Part shown: positions 52,628 through 64,000 of the stretch, piece by piece
How the letters are laid out: each line of letters opens with the position of its first letter
How positions within the stretch are numbered: the first letter of the stretch is position 1
Origin: Camelus ferus
Taxonomy: Eukaryota
DNA length: 64,000 nt
NCBI RefSeq assembly: GCF_009834535.1
Contig: NC_045707.1
Span: 14,446,001 to 14,510,000 of the forward strand
Direction of reading: 5' to 3'
Notes under the pieces: model-generated
What the model was told of the DNA's origin: nothing
The model's database searches: none
The model's input: only the letters and a program-made list of their open reading frames with translations
Made by a program: the position numbers and the translations under genes

Positions 52628-53400
52628 CCCACTGTATATTCTTGCCTCCTTTGCCCTAGGTTAATTGATGATGTGTTATGGGGAGGCCTATACTTCTGGG
52701 GTCTCTATTCTGTTCCATTGATCTATATGTGTTTTCTTGTGTCAGTCCCATACTACTTTGATTACTGTAGCTTTTTAGCAGTGTGAAGTCAGGGAGTAGT
52801 ATAGCTGTTTTAACAATANNNNNNNNNNNNNNNNNNNNNNNNNNNNNNNNNNNNNNNNNNNNNNNNNNNNNNNNNNNNNNNNNNNNNNNNNNNNNNNNNN
52901 NNNNNNNNNNNNNNNNNNNNNNNNNNNNNNNNNNNNNNNNNNNNNNTAATTTAATGGCTTTGATGCTTTTATAAATGGAATGGAATGTGACACTTTTTGT
53001 TTTTGATGTGAATGAGGTATTTTGTTTTTGTCATGTGAGTGCCGTAAATAGTACAGATTTTTGTATGTTGATTTTGTGTCCTGCAACTTTACTGAATTCA
53101 TTTACTAGTTCTAACAGCCTTTTGGTAGAATCATTAGGATTTTCTATGTATAAGAACATATCATCTGCAAACAGAGACAGTTTTACTTTTTCCTTCCTGA
53201 TTTGAATACCTTTTTTTCTTTCATGCCTAACTGCTCTAGCTAGGACTCCTAGTACTAACTATGTTGAACAGGAGTCGTGACAGTGGGCACCCTTGTCTTG
53301 TTCCTGATGTAAGAGGAAAAGCTTTCAAGCCTTCTCCACTGAGTATAATGTTAGCTGTGGGCTTGTTGTATATGACCTTTATTATGTGACATATGTTCCT
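52628..53400 (-). mobile_element. Continuation (5' part) of the host L1 ORF2
   Basis: The sequence after the TSD (tgtatattcttgcctcctttg...) continues the L1 ORF2 interrupted at 49135. Confidence 0.85.
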
Positions 53401-54124
53401 TCTGTATCCTACATATTCTTAAATTCTTATTATACTATTCTTCTTTTTCAAAATATGCCTAACTTTTCTAATCTATTTTTTATAAAAATTTTAACATATT
53501 TTATCTAATTGCCACCAAAGATCTGTTAACATTTAAAGTAGGACTGTGTATATTATACATAATAATAATTTTAAAGTCAATTTTCATGATGTTAAAACTT
53601 TAATCTCGGGATATATGTATTTTTCTTTTACTCACATCTTATTTTACATATTTCGGTAAGGTTTTATGTTGCTCTCCATACAGATCCGGTGCCTTTTTAA
53701 TTAAATTTATTCCTAAATATATGACACTTTTTTGTTTATATAAATGAGATATTTTCCCTTTTCCATTTCTAGTCATTTATAAATAGTACAGAGAACAAAT
53801 ACTTTTTTGTAACTATATCTTCTACATGGCCACCTTACAAAAATATCTTATAAATTCTAGTATTTTTTTTTCACTAATGTTTCAGGGTTTCTAATCATAT
53901 AATCACATCATCTCCAAAAGTGATGATAAATTTTCTTTTAGTTCTTTGGCTTTTAGCAGAGAGAACTATCAGAAAAGCTGTCTACCTCTGTCATGGCTCA
54001 GGGCATAGAATAATTAACAACAACAATAATTGTAATGGTCCCTCCTGAGAATATAAAACCATTGTCCTGTTCTCACTCAGGTTTAAAGTTCGTGTTTACC
54101 TATCCACATCTAATCAAGGATGGA

Positions 54125-54503
54125 CTGTAGTGGATGGTATGGTGCAGAGACCAGATTCCCTCCACCCCTTGCAGATGAAAACACTCACTCCTCCAGCTGC
54201 GAGGAGGGTTATCTGCAGGCAGGTGGCAGAATCTGTCTCTGAGAATCACCCTCGGGAGAAGGGAGCCCCTTTGCCTCAGGAGGGAACGACTCTGCAGGGC
54301 CACTGAGCTTCTTGTGAGATTAACTGAGCACTTTGTTGTGACTGCACCACAGTTTAACCTGTTGCTCTGACCAATCCTACCTCCTTCAGCTTCCCACCTT
54401 CCCCTCCACACACAGGTGCTGATTTCAAAAGCACTCTCCAATAAACTTCCTGCGCACCAACCTCCATCTCAGAATCTGTTTCCCAGGGAACATGACCTTT
54501 AAC
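54125..54503 (+). mobile_element. Ancient ERVL LTR (LTR16-like)
   Basis: tgtagtggatgg...ccaataaacttcctgcgcaccaacctccatctcagaatctgtttcccagggaacatgacctttaaca is characteristic of the LTR16/ERVL U5 end. Confidence 0.7.
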
Positions 54504-54768
54504 AAAAGATAATAATACCAACATCCAGTGTGTGGGGTTAAATGTTCAAAACTAAAATTATTGAAAATAGGAACATGTAAGTCAGACAATACTTAGAGTA
54601 AAAATTTCCTAAGGCCGTGTATTGTACAAGAGAATGGTTGAGATATTAACTAACTTTATTAAGAATATATTACTAAAACTTTCAGGTCAACTAGTAAAAG
54701 AATATAGATATAATATATAAGTTCCTAACCCATACAGAAACAGAATAGAGTAAGAATTAACAGTCCTG

Positions 54769-55008
54769 CAAATCTCGAACTCCCAAATCCACATAAAGTA
54801 GATAAACAACAAGTTCATACTGGGAAGAACAACAGGGAACTATATTCAATACCTTGTAGTAACTCATGGTGAAAAAGAATATGAAAATGAATATATGTAT
54901 GTTCATGTATGGCTGAGGCATTATGCTGTACACCAGAAATTGACACAACATTGTAAACTGACTATGCTTCAATAAAAAATACACACACACACACACACAC
55001 AGAAAAAA
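54769..55008 (+). mobile_element. Short L1 3' insertion with a 5' inversion
   Basis: 17-bp TSD aagaattaacagtcctg at 54752-54768 and 55009-55025; first ~20 nt (caaatctcgaactcccaaat) are antisense L1 3'UTR, remainder sense; tail contains (CA)n. Confidence 0.85.
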
Positions 55009-55019
55009 AAGAATTAACA

Positions 55020-55108
55020 GTCCTGGGTTCGATCCCCAGCGCCTCTATTAAAATAAATAAATTAAAATAAATAAACCTAATTGCCTCCCCCCCAAAAAAG
55101 AAAAAAAT
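55020..55108 (+). mobile_element. 5'-truncated camelid SINE
   Basis: gtcctgggttcgatccccagcgcctctatt + (AAAT)n + cctaattgcctcccccc, the same 3' structure as the other SINE copies. Confidence 0.8.
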
Positions 55109-56919
55109 TAGACTGGACCTCATATATCTCCCACTCTGTATGAATTCCAATAGTTACTCAATTTATACTTCTAGTAATATTCAGCTAAAGTCTTGTGGGG
55201 ATCCCTGTACAGGTTTCTAGAATTGTTTCTCTGTACATCTCCCCCGTCCTCTGCCCACAGATTCGAACAATCTCTACCTTCTCAAACTCTGATCTCTGTC
55301 TCTTTAACTCAGCAAGGAAATCATGCCCTTCCTAGATTTTGGGTGTAGAAACTGTGTGAAGGCGGAAAGCTGAGGTGGTGGCAGGCTCACCTCAATTTTT
55401 TCCCTTCTCTCAGGGGCTGCAGTCCTGTACTGTATGTTTTCTAATAGCTGAAAGCAGATACTTCATCCATTATGTAGTTGTGTCCATCAGGAGAGCTAAC
55501 CTGCAACAGTTAACTCCTCAATAGGTAGGAACTGAAGACACTTATCCTCACTTCTAATTTTCTACAACCTTGTCTGTCCTCTAAATTCTAGCTCATATTC
55601 CACCTTTGCCATTAATTTCCCTTATTTCTTTCTCTGTAATCTCAGTAAACTAGCTCTTTTGTGGCAGGTATCATATTCCCTATTGTACCATAATTATCTA
55701 TGGGAAAATCGTGTGTCTTGATCATCCAATAATGCCCAACATGTTGTGAGGTTCAAAATATGTATGTTAAATAGTACCCAGAATATATTAACTTCTTATC
55801 AGTGGATATGTAAGAAGAAGATAAATGACCTCCCATTTAGTGGAAGGTTGAAATATAAATGATCTATACATTTGGTCTATATACAGACTCAAAGCTTCCG
55901 TGCAAAAGTGGTTGGGCAAATTCTGCTACACCTACATACTGAACGTTATATGATCAGTTTAAATAGAGGTACATATATAAAATGATTACAATAAAATATT
56001 AGGTGAAGTACCGGGATTTAAATTGTATATATGATGACAATTACAACTATGTAAAGAACAAAAAAACTGGAAGGAAATAAAATTTTAAGTAATGGAGTTA
56101 TTTTAACGTGAATGTGCTGTTCACATGTTTTTATTGCCATGATCCAAAGTTAGTTTTGAAAGGCGGTTGGCCTGGCTATCTAATTACCTTCATGAAGAAT
56201 AACATAGGATGATCAGTTATTCCAAAAGTCAAACTTTACTTTTATTAAATATCCTCCAACATTTTACTGGGTTAAACTAACAGCCTTATTGAGAATATTA
56301 GTTCATGTGGTCGCAACAAGTTTATCCTGCAAGGTTCACCAGAAGTTTTACTGCTCACAGTGAGGTATTATAGAAGGGCTTTATTGAGACTTCGTTAATG
56401 ACTGAGACCATTGTTTGATAACACCCACTTCATATTTTTTCCAGGATGAAATTTTGACAATCAATAGGAGCCAAGTTAGGGTACATTTTATGAATGTCTG
56501 TATATCTGTGTGTCTGTTCCACAATACTTAAAATTAGGAGGTAGCAAGCATCTGAAGATAACAACTTAATCATATTTCCAGGCCAACCCATCACCGTTTT
56601 CTTCTTTTTCTTAATACCTTCTATTTACCCTTCTCCTCTATTATCCAAAGGCAAAACTGTGGAATGTCAGATTTAAATTTTGGCTTCACCACTTACTAAT
56701 TTTATGATCCTGGACAATGTACTTGATCTCTCTATGCTATAGTTGCCTGGTGTATGTAAATTGTAGATAATGATAATAACTACCTTCTACGATTCTTGTG
56801 AGGCTTCAACGAGATCATTTTGTAAAACTCTTATCAAACTGCCCAGCACATAGAGATATTCACTAAATAGTTTCCTTTTGTATCGTTATTTTGCTATCTG
56901 GTCTTACTACATCCTCCTT

Positions 56920-57500
56920 TATATATTCTCTCTATTCATTCTTTTTTCTCCTTTCCATATTCTTTTTCATTATAGGTTATCACAAGTTACTGACTATAGT
57001 TCCCTGTGCTATACAGTTGGACTTTGTTGTTTATCTATTTTATATATATTATTATCTGCAAATCTCGAACTCCCAATTTATCCCTTCCCACCATCTTTCC
57101 CCTGTGGTAACAATACATTTGTTTTCTGTGTCTGTGAGTCTGTTTTGTTTTGTAAATAAGTTCACTTGTGTCTTTTTTTTTTAAGATTCCACATATAAGT
57201 GGTATCATATGGTATTTTTTTTTAATTGAAGTACCATGAGTTACAATGCATCAGTTCCTGGTGTACAGCACAATGTCCAAGTCATGCATATACATACGTG
57301 TGTTCATTTTCAAATTTTTTTCATTAAAGGTTATTACAAGAATCATACGGTACTTTTCTTTCTCTTTCTGGCTTACTTCACTTAGAATGATGAACTCCAG
57401 GTCCATCCATGTTGCTGCAAATGGCTGGCTCACAGGACGAGTCTATTTTCAGTTTTTTAAGGAATCCCCATACTGTTTTCCATAATGGCTGGCACCAAAT
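56920..57500 (-). mobile_element. L1 3' fragments with a nested ~130-bp L1 tail
   Basis: Inverted L1 3'UTR; inner piece ~57215-57340 flanked by atcata(t/c)ggta. Confidence 0.75.
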
Positions 57501-60500
57501 CTCCATTCATTCTTGATGCTTATATCAGTTAGTTGGGATGATGGATACAAGAAGCTGGTCCTTTGAAAATGAATTTTCTCCCAGGCAGGATTTCTGCATT
57601 CAGGAAAGCCAGCTCTGGGTGAAAGAGGAGTCTGATCAGGGTAATACAGACTCATCGTCAAAGCATGGGGAACAAAGTAGTCCAGATAACTCTACTAACC
57701 AAATTTTGCTTTGTTTGCTGCTATATACCTAGAGTCTAGAACAGTGCCTGACACGCTGTAAATACTTGATAAGTATTTCTTGAATGAATTAATGTCAGGA
57801 CACAGTGTTATACAAAAACATAATCTAATATCTAGAAAACGGCATATAGACCCTTCATTTCCACTTTAAACTCACAGATAACATTCCAGGAAAAAAAAAA
57901 ACTGACGTTAAACTTTTAAACACAAGTTGGATATTTTTGACTATTATCATAAATTCTAAGTTTATAATAAACACTGGATTTCCTTTCTACCTAGAAAAGG
58001 CTCTTATTCTCATCTTTCTCACTGCCCCCCCCCCCCTTTACACATCCCAAGACCTAGGCAGCCATATTTTATTCTCAGCTACTCCCTCAGAGACAGTCTG
58101 CCCCTTACTCTTTGCAGGTCACATTTTCCTCATCCAAGTCTTTCCACTCTGCCTTTCACACGTCAAAGTAAGACACTTGTCCAGTTTCTTCCAGGAAGAG
58201 CCATCCTAGTCTGTTACTAGGAAAATCCAACCCCCGCTGTGACCCTGTGCTGTCCGCCTTCTGGCCGAGGTCTGCTCTCTGCTTTCCTGTGGAAGGAACT
58301 CAGTGCTTTGCTCTTGCAGCAGGGTGGCTTCTTTATGTCGTCAGTTAGCTTTACATTGTCATTTACATCGTCATTTAGCTGCGCCTTACTATCTGCCTGC
58401 ATTCTCTTTAAGGGGACTGACCTGGTTTTATGTACATCTGTGATGTTAAAACCCACCAAACTAAACAGAACTAATCATCTACAGAATTATAAAGCTGTTT
58501 CCTCCTGCCTCCTCCCTGTTAAGGGATGAAAGCAGGACCGCAGGTCATAACCCATGCCAGAGTAGAAAGACTGCTAATCTAGCCTTTGAGGTCATACTCT
58601 AGATAATCCACCCCAGTGGTACAAGAACAAATCACAGCATACTCACCTTTCACCTTGTTGTTCATTCTGAGTATTGGCTATTTATTAAATAAGTTAATAT
58701 TTGCTTTATGACTTATAAATTATTAGATAAATATTGATTTTGATCATGGCTATTCTTACATCTTTTCAGTCCCTATTTCATGAGGAAGAGGTCATTAGGT
58801 TTGAGTGAAACACCTGGATGTGGTCCCTGATGAACTAAAACATTCCCCTGGAACAAAAACAAAGATGCAGCTCATCCAGGTGACTCTATGCTACATCTCC
58901 TCCCTAGGGAGGCTCTTCTTCAACCCCCATAAGGGAAGGAGGCTGTCTTGCTCTAGAAAAGGCAGTAGTGACCAGAGCAGCACGTACAGAATGGAGACAA
59001 CAGTCTTCTGTGAGTACGCTGGGGTAGGAAGAAGCCAATAACATGGAGCTTTCAGAGGAGAGAAGCAGAAAGTCCACAGAGCTGTAGGCTGGCAGGAGAG
59101 TTTAGTCCAGGGGTAAGACAACCAGGAGAAAAGGAGTTAACTCCAAGCCCAAAGCTGGTCAGTCCACTCTCTACTGAATCTGCACACCTAGAAATCATCT
59201 GGGTCAACACTACTCTTTGTTTACAGAGAGAAGCACCTCTGACCCAACCTAAACAAATTCAGAAGCTTGCCATGTTTTTTTTTTTTAAATGTCTCGCGTT
59301 TGTTCCAGGAAGTTCCAATGAATGGGGCCCATATTTGCCAACAAACTTCTGGAGGCTCTAGGAAGCAACTTCATTTCCCCCACTCTGAGCCTCTCCAGTG
59401 AGACTTACCTTATTTTCAGATCCCAAAATCATGCTGTAAATAACGATCGTTAGCCCCACAAGAATCACCCTGACGAAACCAGCACAGGTAGGCGGGTGTG
59501 GGTTTTCCACCACAACCACCCCCTTGGTCCTTTTTCTGCCCTCTGTGGGCTAGCTATAATCCCTCTTTTTCAATAAGAATTCCTTCAATAATGAAACCAG
59601 CTATCATAGTCTTCCATTAGTTTTGTCTTTTCCAGATTAAATATCTCCACATTCTTTGTATGTTCTTCATACTTCACAGCTACTAAGTCCTAATTCATGA
59701 TAGTCAAAAAAATCTCAAGTCATTTTCACACAGATGGCTACCAAGTTAGGTCTTACCCTTCCTGTACTTTATCAACTGATTGTTAAAGCCTACACGCAGA
59801 TTTCGTATGTGCCCTTGTTAAATTTCATCTTGTTTTTAGTCTAGCATTCCAAAGGTCAAGCTTATTTTGAATTATAATTCTATCTCCTGTAATATTGGTT
59901 TCCCTTCTGTTTCTTATCGTCTGAAGTTCGATGAGCCGTGCACATTTGCTGTGTCTGTCGAAGTCACTGCTAAAATAGGTGAAGAAGACAAGATCTCCAA
60001 AACCATCTCCTTTTCACTAGACATCTTTGTCAGACTTTCAGACGGTCATTAATGAATAATTTTGACATACAGTAGCCAAACTAAGAGTATTCTTATTACG
60101 CTCACAGTCATCATCTTTTTCTGTGAAGCTTTATGTGAAATTAACATGTCCCTTTCCTACTGCTTTCTCCAGACCTACTAACTTTTAATCTACTAAATTA
60201 TTAATTCTATCAATAAAAGACATTATGTGATGTTTCACATTGTAATTAACATGAGATAGCTCCTGATGACGTCTCCTTATGAGAATTCCAAACATTCTGT
60301 AAAACATCTAAGAATTTTACCAGAACTAAGGTCAAATTCACTTTAGCAAGAGCAATAGTAACTTTTTGGTCATAAGCATTGATACAGAGTCCAGACGTGA
60401 AAAGTTCTGGGTCAGTTGACTTGGTTTGTTGGTTTGGTTAGTTTTAGTAGCTTCTTCCCTTTAGTAGCTTCTTCCCTCTGGAATAAACCCAGAGTCTATT

Positions 60501-60792
60501 CCATTCTCAACTCAAGTCTCTCCATAGCTCTTTAAGAAGTCACCAGTACATAGAAGGCAAAATATGTTCAAAAACATATGAAAGTATTCTATTTGCTCTA
60601 TGTCTATACCCCTGCTTATGACCAATGTGTATCTGCATGATGTAAGGTCAAAACCAGGACAGGTAGGACCAGGAAAAGAACACAAAGACCCTTTGTTCAC
60701 GCTGCCATCTGCTCATGTGGACTGTTATCTTTCTTAACTTCAAAAATGAGAAAACGCTATATCATATTGGGCTTTCTGGTTTCTTCACCATA

Positions 60793-60856
60793 ACACACAC
60801 ACACACACGCACGCACGCACGCATACATGCACACGCACACATACATACACACACAT
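60793..60856 (+). repeat. Compound (CA)n/(CGCA)n microsatellite
   Basis: acacacac...gcacgcacgcac...acatacacacac. Confidence 0.9.
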
Positions 60857-61910
60857 ACCCCTTCCACCTCCAATCTTAATCATGGTTTCATCTCAGGCTC
60901 TGAGTAGCAATATTCCAATATTCCATCAGTTAGGGGAGGACCCAGAGATTCCTTCTCTCTTTCAGTAATCATTTAAGTGCCTCTTTTTCAGAGACTGCAA
61001 TTTTTCATGGCTATTTACTGTTGAAAAATTATTATAACCAATTTATTTATTCATTCATTCCACAAGTACTTATCAAGGTCTTCCTGTGTGTTTGGTATTA
61101 TCTTCCTGCTATAAGTGAGAGAAGAAGTCTTATGCCAGGGCAGAAATTTCTAAAGAATCCATAGTTAGGTGAGATAAGTTGAGCATTTGACCTGTATAGG
61201 GAATATAGGGGAGGGGAACCAAGAGAAAAAGGCTCCCAACAAACTGATTAGGAAAAGTTTGAACACGGCGTTATCAACAGTCACCAGGCCACTTGTCCAA
61301 GGAAAAAGAATAGTTTCCCAGGAGAGTGGGATATAAGTTAATTCAGATCTTTCTATACGGCATCTCTCATAGAGTAGGTGGTATATACTGCTTATCAGGA
61401 TTTCTTAGTCTCATTTTCTTGGAAAAAGGAAATAGTGTGAGATGAGTGGCTGTTCCAGGAATGGGCATGACCTCAGAGCAGGACCACCTCCCCAGGAAGT
61501 CATGGACACCCTTCCAGAAGAGTTTACCAGATATGGTTCTCCTGTTCATGCTCAGCCAGGATTGTCAGGTAAATAGCTCTTGATGATTGGAAAAGCCCTA
61601 TACTGTTCTCTGGTACTCACATTTCTATCACTCAGAAAGGATTTGGGAAAGCACCATAGGACAGTAGACCATGTAGGAGCTTTGGAGTCAAGCAAACCTG
61701 GGTTCAAATCATGACTCGACCATCGTGATCTTTAATAATTGGCTTGAATTCACTGAGTCTCAGTTTCTCTTCTATAAATAGGAGACAACAAAGCCTGGCT
61801 CCAGTGCTTGCTGTGATGAACAAACGAATAAGCCAAGCATGGTGTGTGGTCATAATCCTATCTTGGTTAATATTGCCTTCTTCTATTCTCTTGGGCCCAG
61901 ATCTAGATGA

Positions 61911-62900
61911 GGAAAGCAGACCAGTAGTGACAGCGAGAACCAGACCACCTGGATAATCCTAGAGGGCTCTGGGGAGCTGCAACACCTGGGCTTCCTCCCC
62001 GTCACCCTCTTTCTGGCCATCTATGTGATAATAGTCAGGGGCAACGCCCTCATAGTGTTGGCTGTAGCATCCAGTCAGACTCTCCACACACCCATGTACT
62101 TTTTCCTCGGCCCCTTCTCCCTGCTGGAGATTGGCTACACCTCCAACATCGCGCCTCAGCTGTTGCGGAGCTTCCTGGAAGGGAGGGAAACCATCTCGCT
62201 GGTCAGCTGTCTGTTCCAGTTCTACCTGTTTGCCTCGCTGGCTGCAGCAGAGTGCCTCCTACTCTCTGCCATGTCCTATGACTGTTACTTGGCCATCTGT
62301 CACCCCCTTCACTACCCTGCTCTGATGAGCACCTTGCTGTGTGGCTGCCTGGCTGCTGGAACCTGGTTCTGTGGCTTCTCCTTCTCTGCCTTCATTCTGG
62401 CCCTGGCAGCCCATCTGCCCCTCTTCCCTGGCAGCAGGGAGATTGACCACTACTTCTGTGACTTTGCTCCAGTTGTAGGGCTGTTCTGTGGTGATGTGAG
62501 GGTCATGTGGGGAGCTGGAGTGAGCATCTCAGGCTTCCTGACACTGGCCCCCTTCCTGTTGATTGTGACATCCTATGCCTTCATCCTACGGACTGTGCTG
62601 CCAGTACCTTCAGGTCGTGGAAAGCAGAAAGCCTTCTCCACCTGCTTCTCCCACCTCAGTGCAGTCGGGGTGTTTTATGGCACCCTCATTGTGGTCTACG
62701 TAGCCCCAACAGACCACATGGCCCCCTTCCTCCGAAAGGCCTTCTCTGTCCTCTACACTGTGTTCACCCCTATGGTCAACCCCATCATCTACAGCCTCAA
62801 GAACCAAGAGGTAAAGGGGGCCCTTCTCAGGCTCTGGGGACAGCTTATCCCAGGACATACCCCACAGAGAGGAATAAGACAACTACTGACTTCTTCCTAG
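61911..62900 (+). pseudogene. OR11M-like olfactory receptor, probable pseudogene
   Basis: Open frame from 61911 (GKQTSSDSENQTTWIILEG...LHTPMYFFL...KAFSTCFSHL...PMVNPIIYSLKN) with no in-frame ATG before TM1: ATG at 61907 is one base out of frame and an in-frame TGA lies at 61908-61910. DRY reads DCY. Family assignment from memory of synteny (OR11M1P beside LALBA), not verified. Confidence 0.75.
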
Positions 62901-63224
62901 ATTCCAGCCTAGCCCCTTAAAGTCTAAAGGACTGGAGACTCCTGCAATGAAAAGATGGAGACTGTGGGATTGAAAATAGATGTCTAACAAAATGAGGGAA
63001 ACTTCATTTTTCCAGCTGGAATGGGGGTAGGGATCAAAATCTCATGCCTGGCGCAGGACCTAAATACTGTAGACACTCCCTAAACATTAGCTGAAAATGA
63101 ATTCATTAATACTGAAAAGAATGCAAGAAGGGGCAGAGGATAACAGCAAGTAGGGAATTTTCAGATTGTTAATCTAAGGTGGCAAGGACCCAGGCTGGCA
63201 GACAGGGAAAGGAGGGTTAGGGAA

Positions 63225-63400
63225 ATAGCAAGAAGAACCATTAAGAATTTATATTCAGTATCTTGTAATAACCTATAATGAAAGAGAATATATATATAAT
63301 TGAATCTCTATGCTGTACACCAGGACTAACACAACATTGTAAATCAACTCTACATCAGTTAAAAAATAATTTTATAAAAATTTTAATTTTAAAGGGAAAA
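63225..63400 (+). mobile_element. L1 3' terminal fragment
   Basis: tatattcagtatcttgtaataacctataatg...ctgtacaccaggactaacacaacattgtaaatcaactctacatcagttaaaaaa. Confidence 0.8.
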
Positions 63401-63448
63401 AAAGAATTAAGGTAAGATCTCATGACAGGCTTCAAATTAAATCTCAGA

Positions 63449-63582
63449 GTGCGGAGGGTTTAGCTCAGTGGTAGAGTGCATGCCTAGCATGTGTGAAGTC
63501 TTGGGTTCAGTCCCCAGCACCTCCATTAAATAAATAAATAAACTTAATTACCTTCCTCCCAACACACAAATAAATAATTTTT
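63449..63582 (+). mobile_element. Camelid tRNA-derived SINE with TSD
   Basis: SINE head and (AAAT)n tail; 12-bp TSD ttaaatctcaga at 63437-63448 and 63583-63594. Confidence 0.92.
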
Positions 63583-64000
63583 TTAAATCTCAGAAAAAGA
63601 GAAACAAAACTCTTGGTCCTAAAGTCTCTAGAGCAGTGATGCAGGTAGTGGTGGGGTGAGAGCCACTTCCACTACACACACAGCTTCTGCTTGGGAAAGG
63701 GAGGGTCAGTCAGAGGCGAGGAGGGGGCTCTGTCCACTCATGCCTGCAGCCCAGGAGGCCAATTAGGCCGTTTTTCTGGGAGTTCCCATTAGTCCTCCTG
63801 TCATTGGTGTTGGACCAGGAAGTTGTAGGGGCAAGAAAGGAGGCAATTAAGTGAGAAAGGAAGAAAAGAAATTAAATCCAATGACAGGATTCTGAAATTT
63901 TGTCTCCATCAGGGACTCTTTAAAGGTTTTTGAAAGTGACACAAAAACATTTCTAATTTTTAAAAAATATATCAACATGTTTCTCAAGGCATGCCATGTA

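Noticed and set aside
60701-60719. Reverse CTCF-like motif (AGCAGATGGCAG) that would be convergent with the 39161 site
   Set aside because: Lacks the near-invariant CC at the start of the core (reads TG); too weak to call without data.

Overview
Mammalian (camelid) genomic DNA containing the alpha-lactalbumin gene embedded in an olfactory-receptor cluster. The camelid call rests on the LALBA protein, which matches camel alpha-lactalbumin as I recall it, and on camelid-type SINE/L1 sequences. In order: three tandem OR8S1-like genes (585, 13034, 23338; all +; the middle one has ATG>GTG); a 5'-truncated OR5BS1-like gene whose coding region is split by a 1649-bp GT-AG intron (34367-36699); four-exon LALBA on the minus strand (CDS 40841-42598); an ~11-kb L1/LTR block containing a young L1 nested in an older L1; and an OR11M-like probable pseudogene (~61911-62900). 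Interspersed are a decayed 28S rRNA + putative 3'ETS copy, a UBE2E3 processed pseudogene, ERV LTRs, MIR/L2 relics, SINEs and microsatellites. Most notable: the intron-split OR, a possible upstream-exon rescue of the start-less OR, and a candidate regulatory architecture for LALBA (CTCF site downstream, solo LTR ~1.1 kb upstream, distal TTCCAGGAA cluster). No CRISPR, prokaryotic or true tRNA genes. Regulatory calls are motif-based inferences; gene symbols for the ORs come from remembered similarity and synteny, not from a search.
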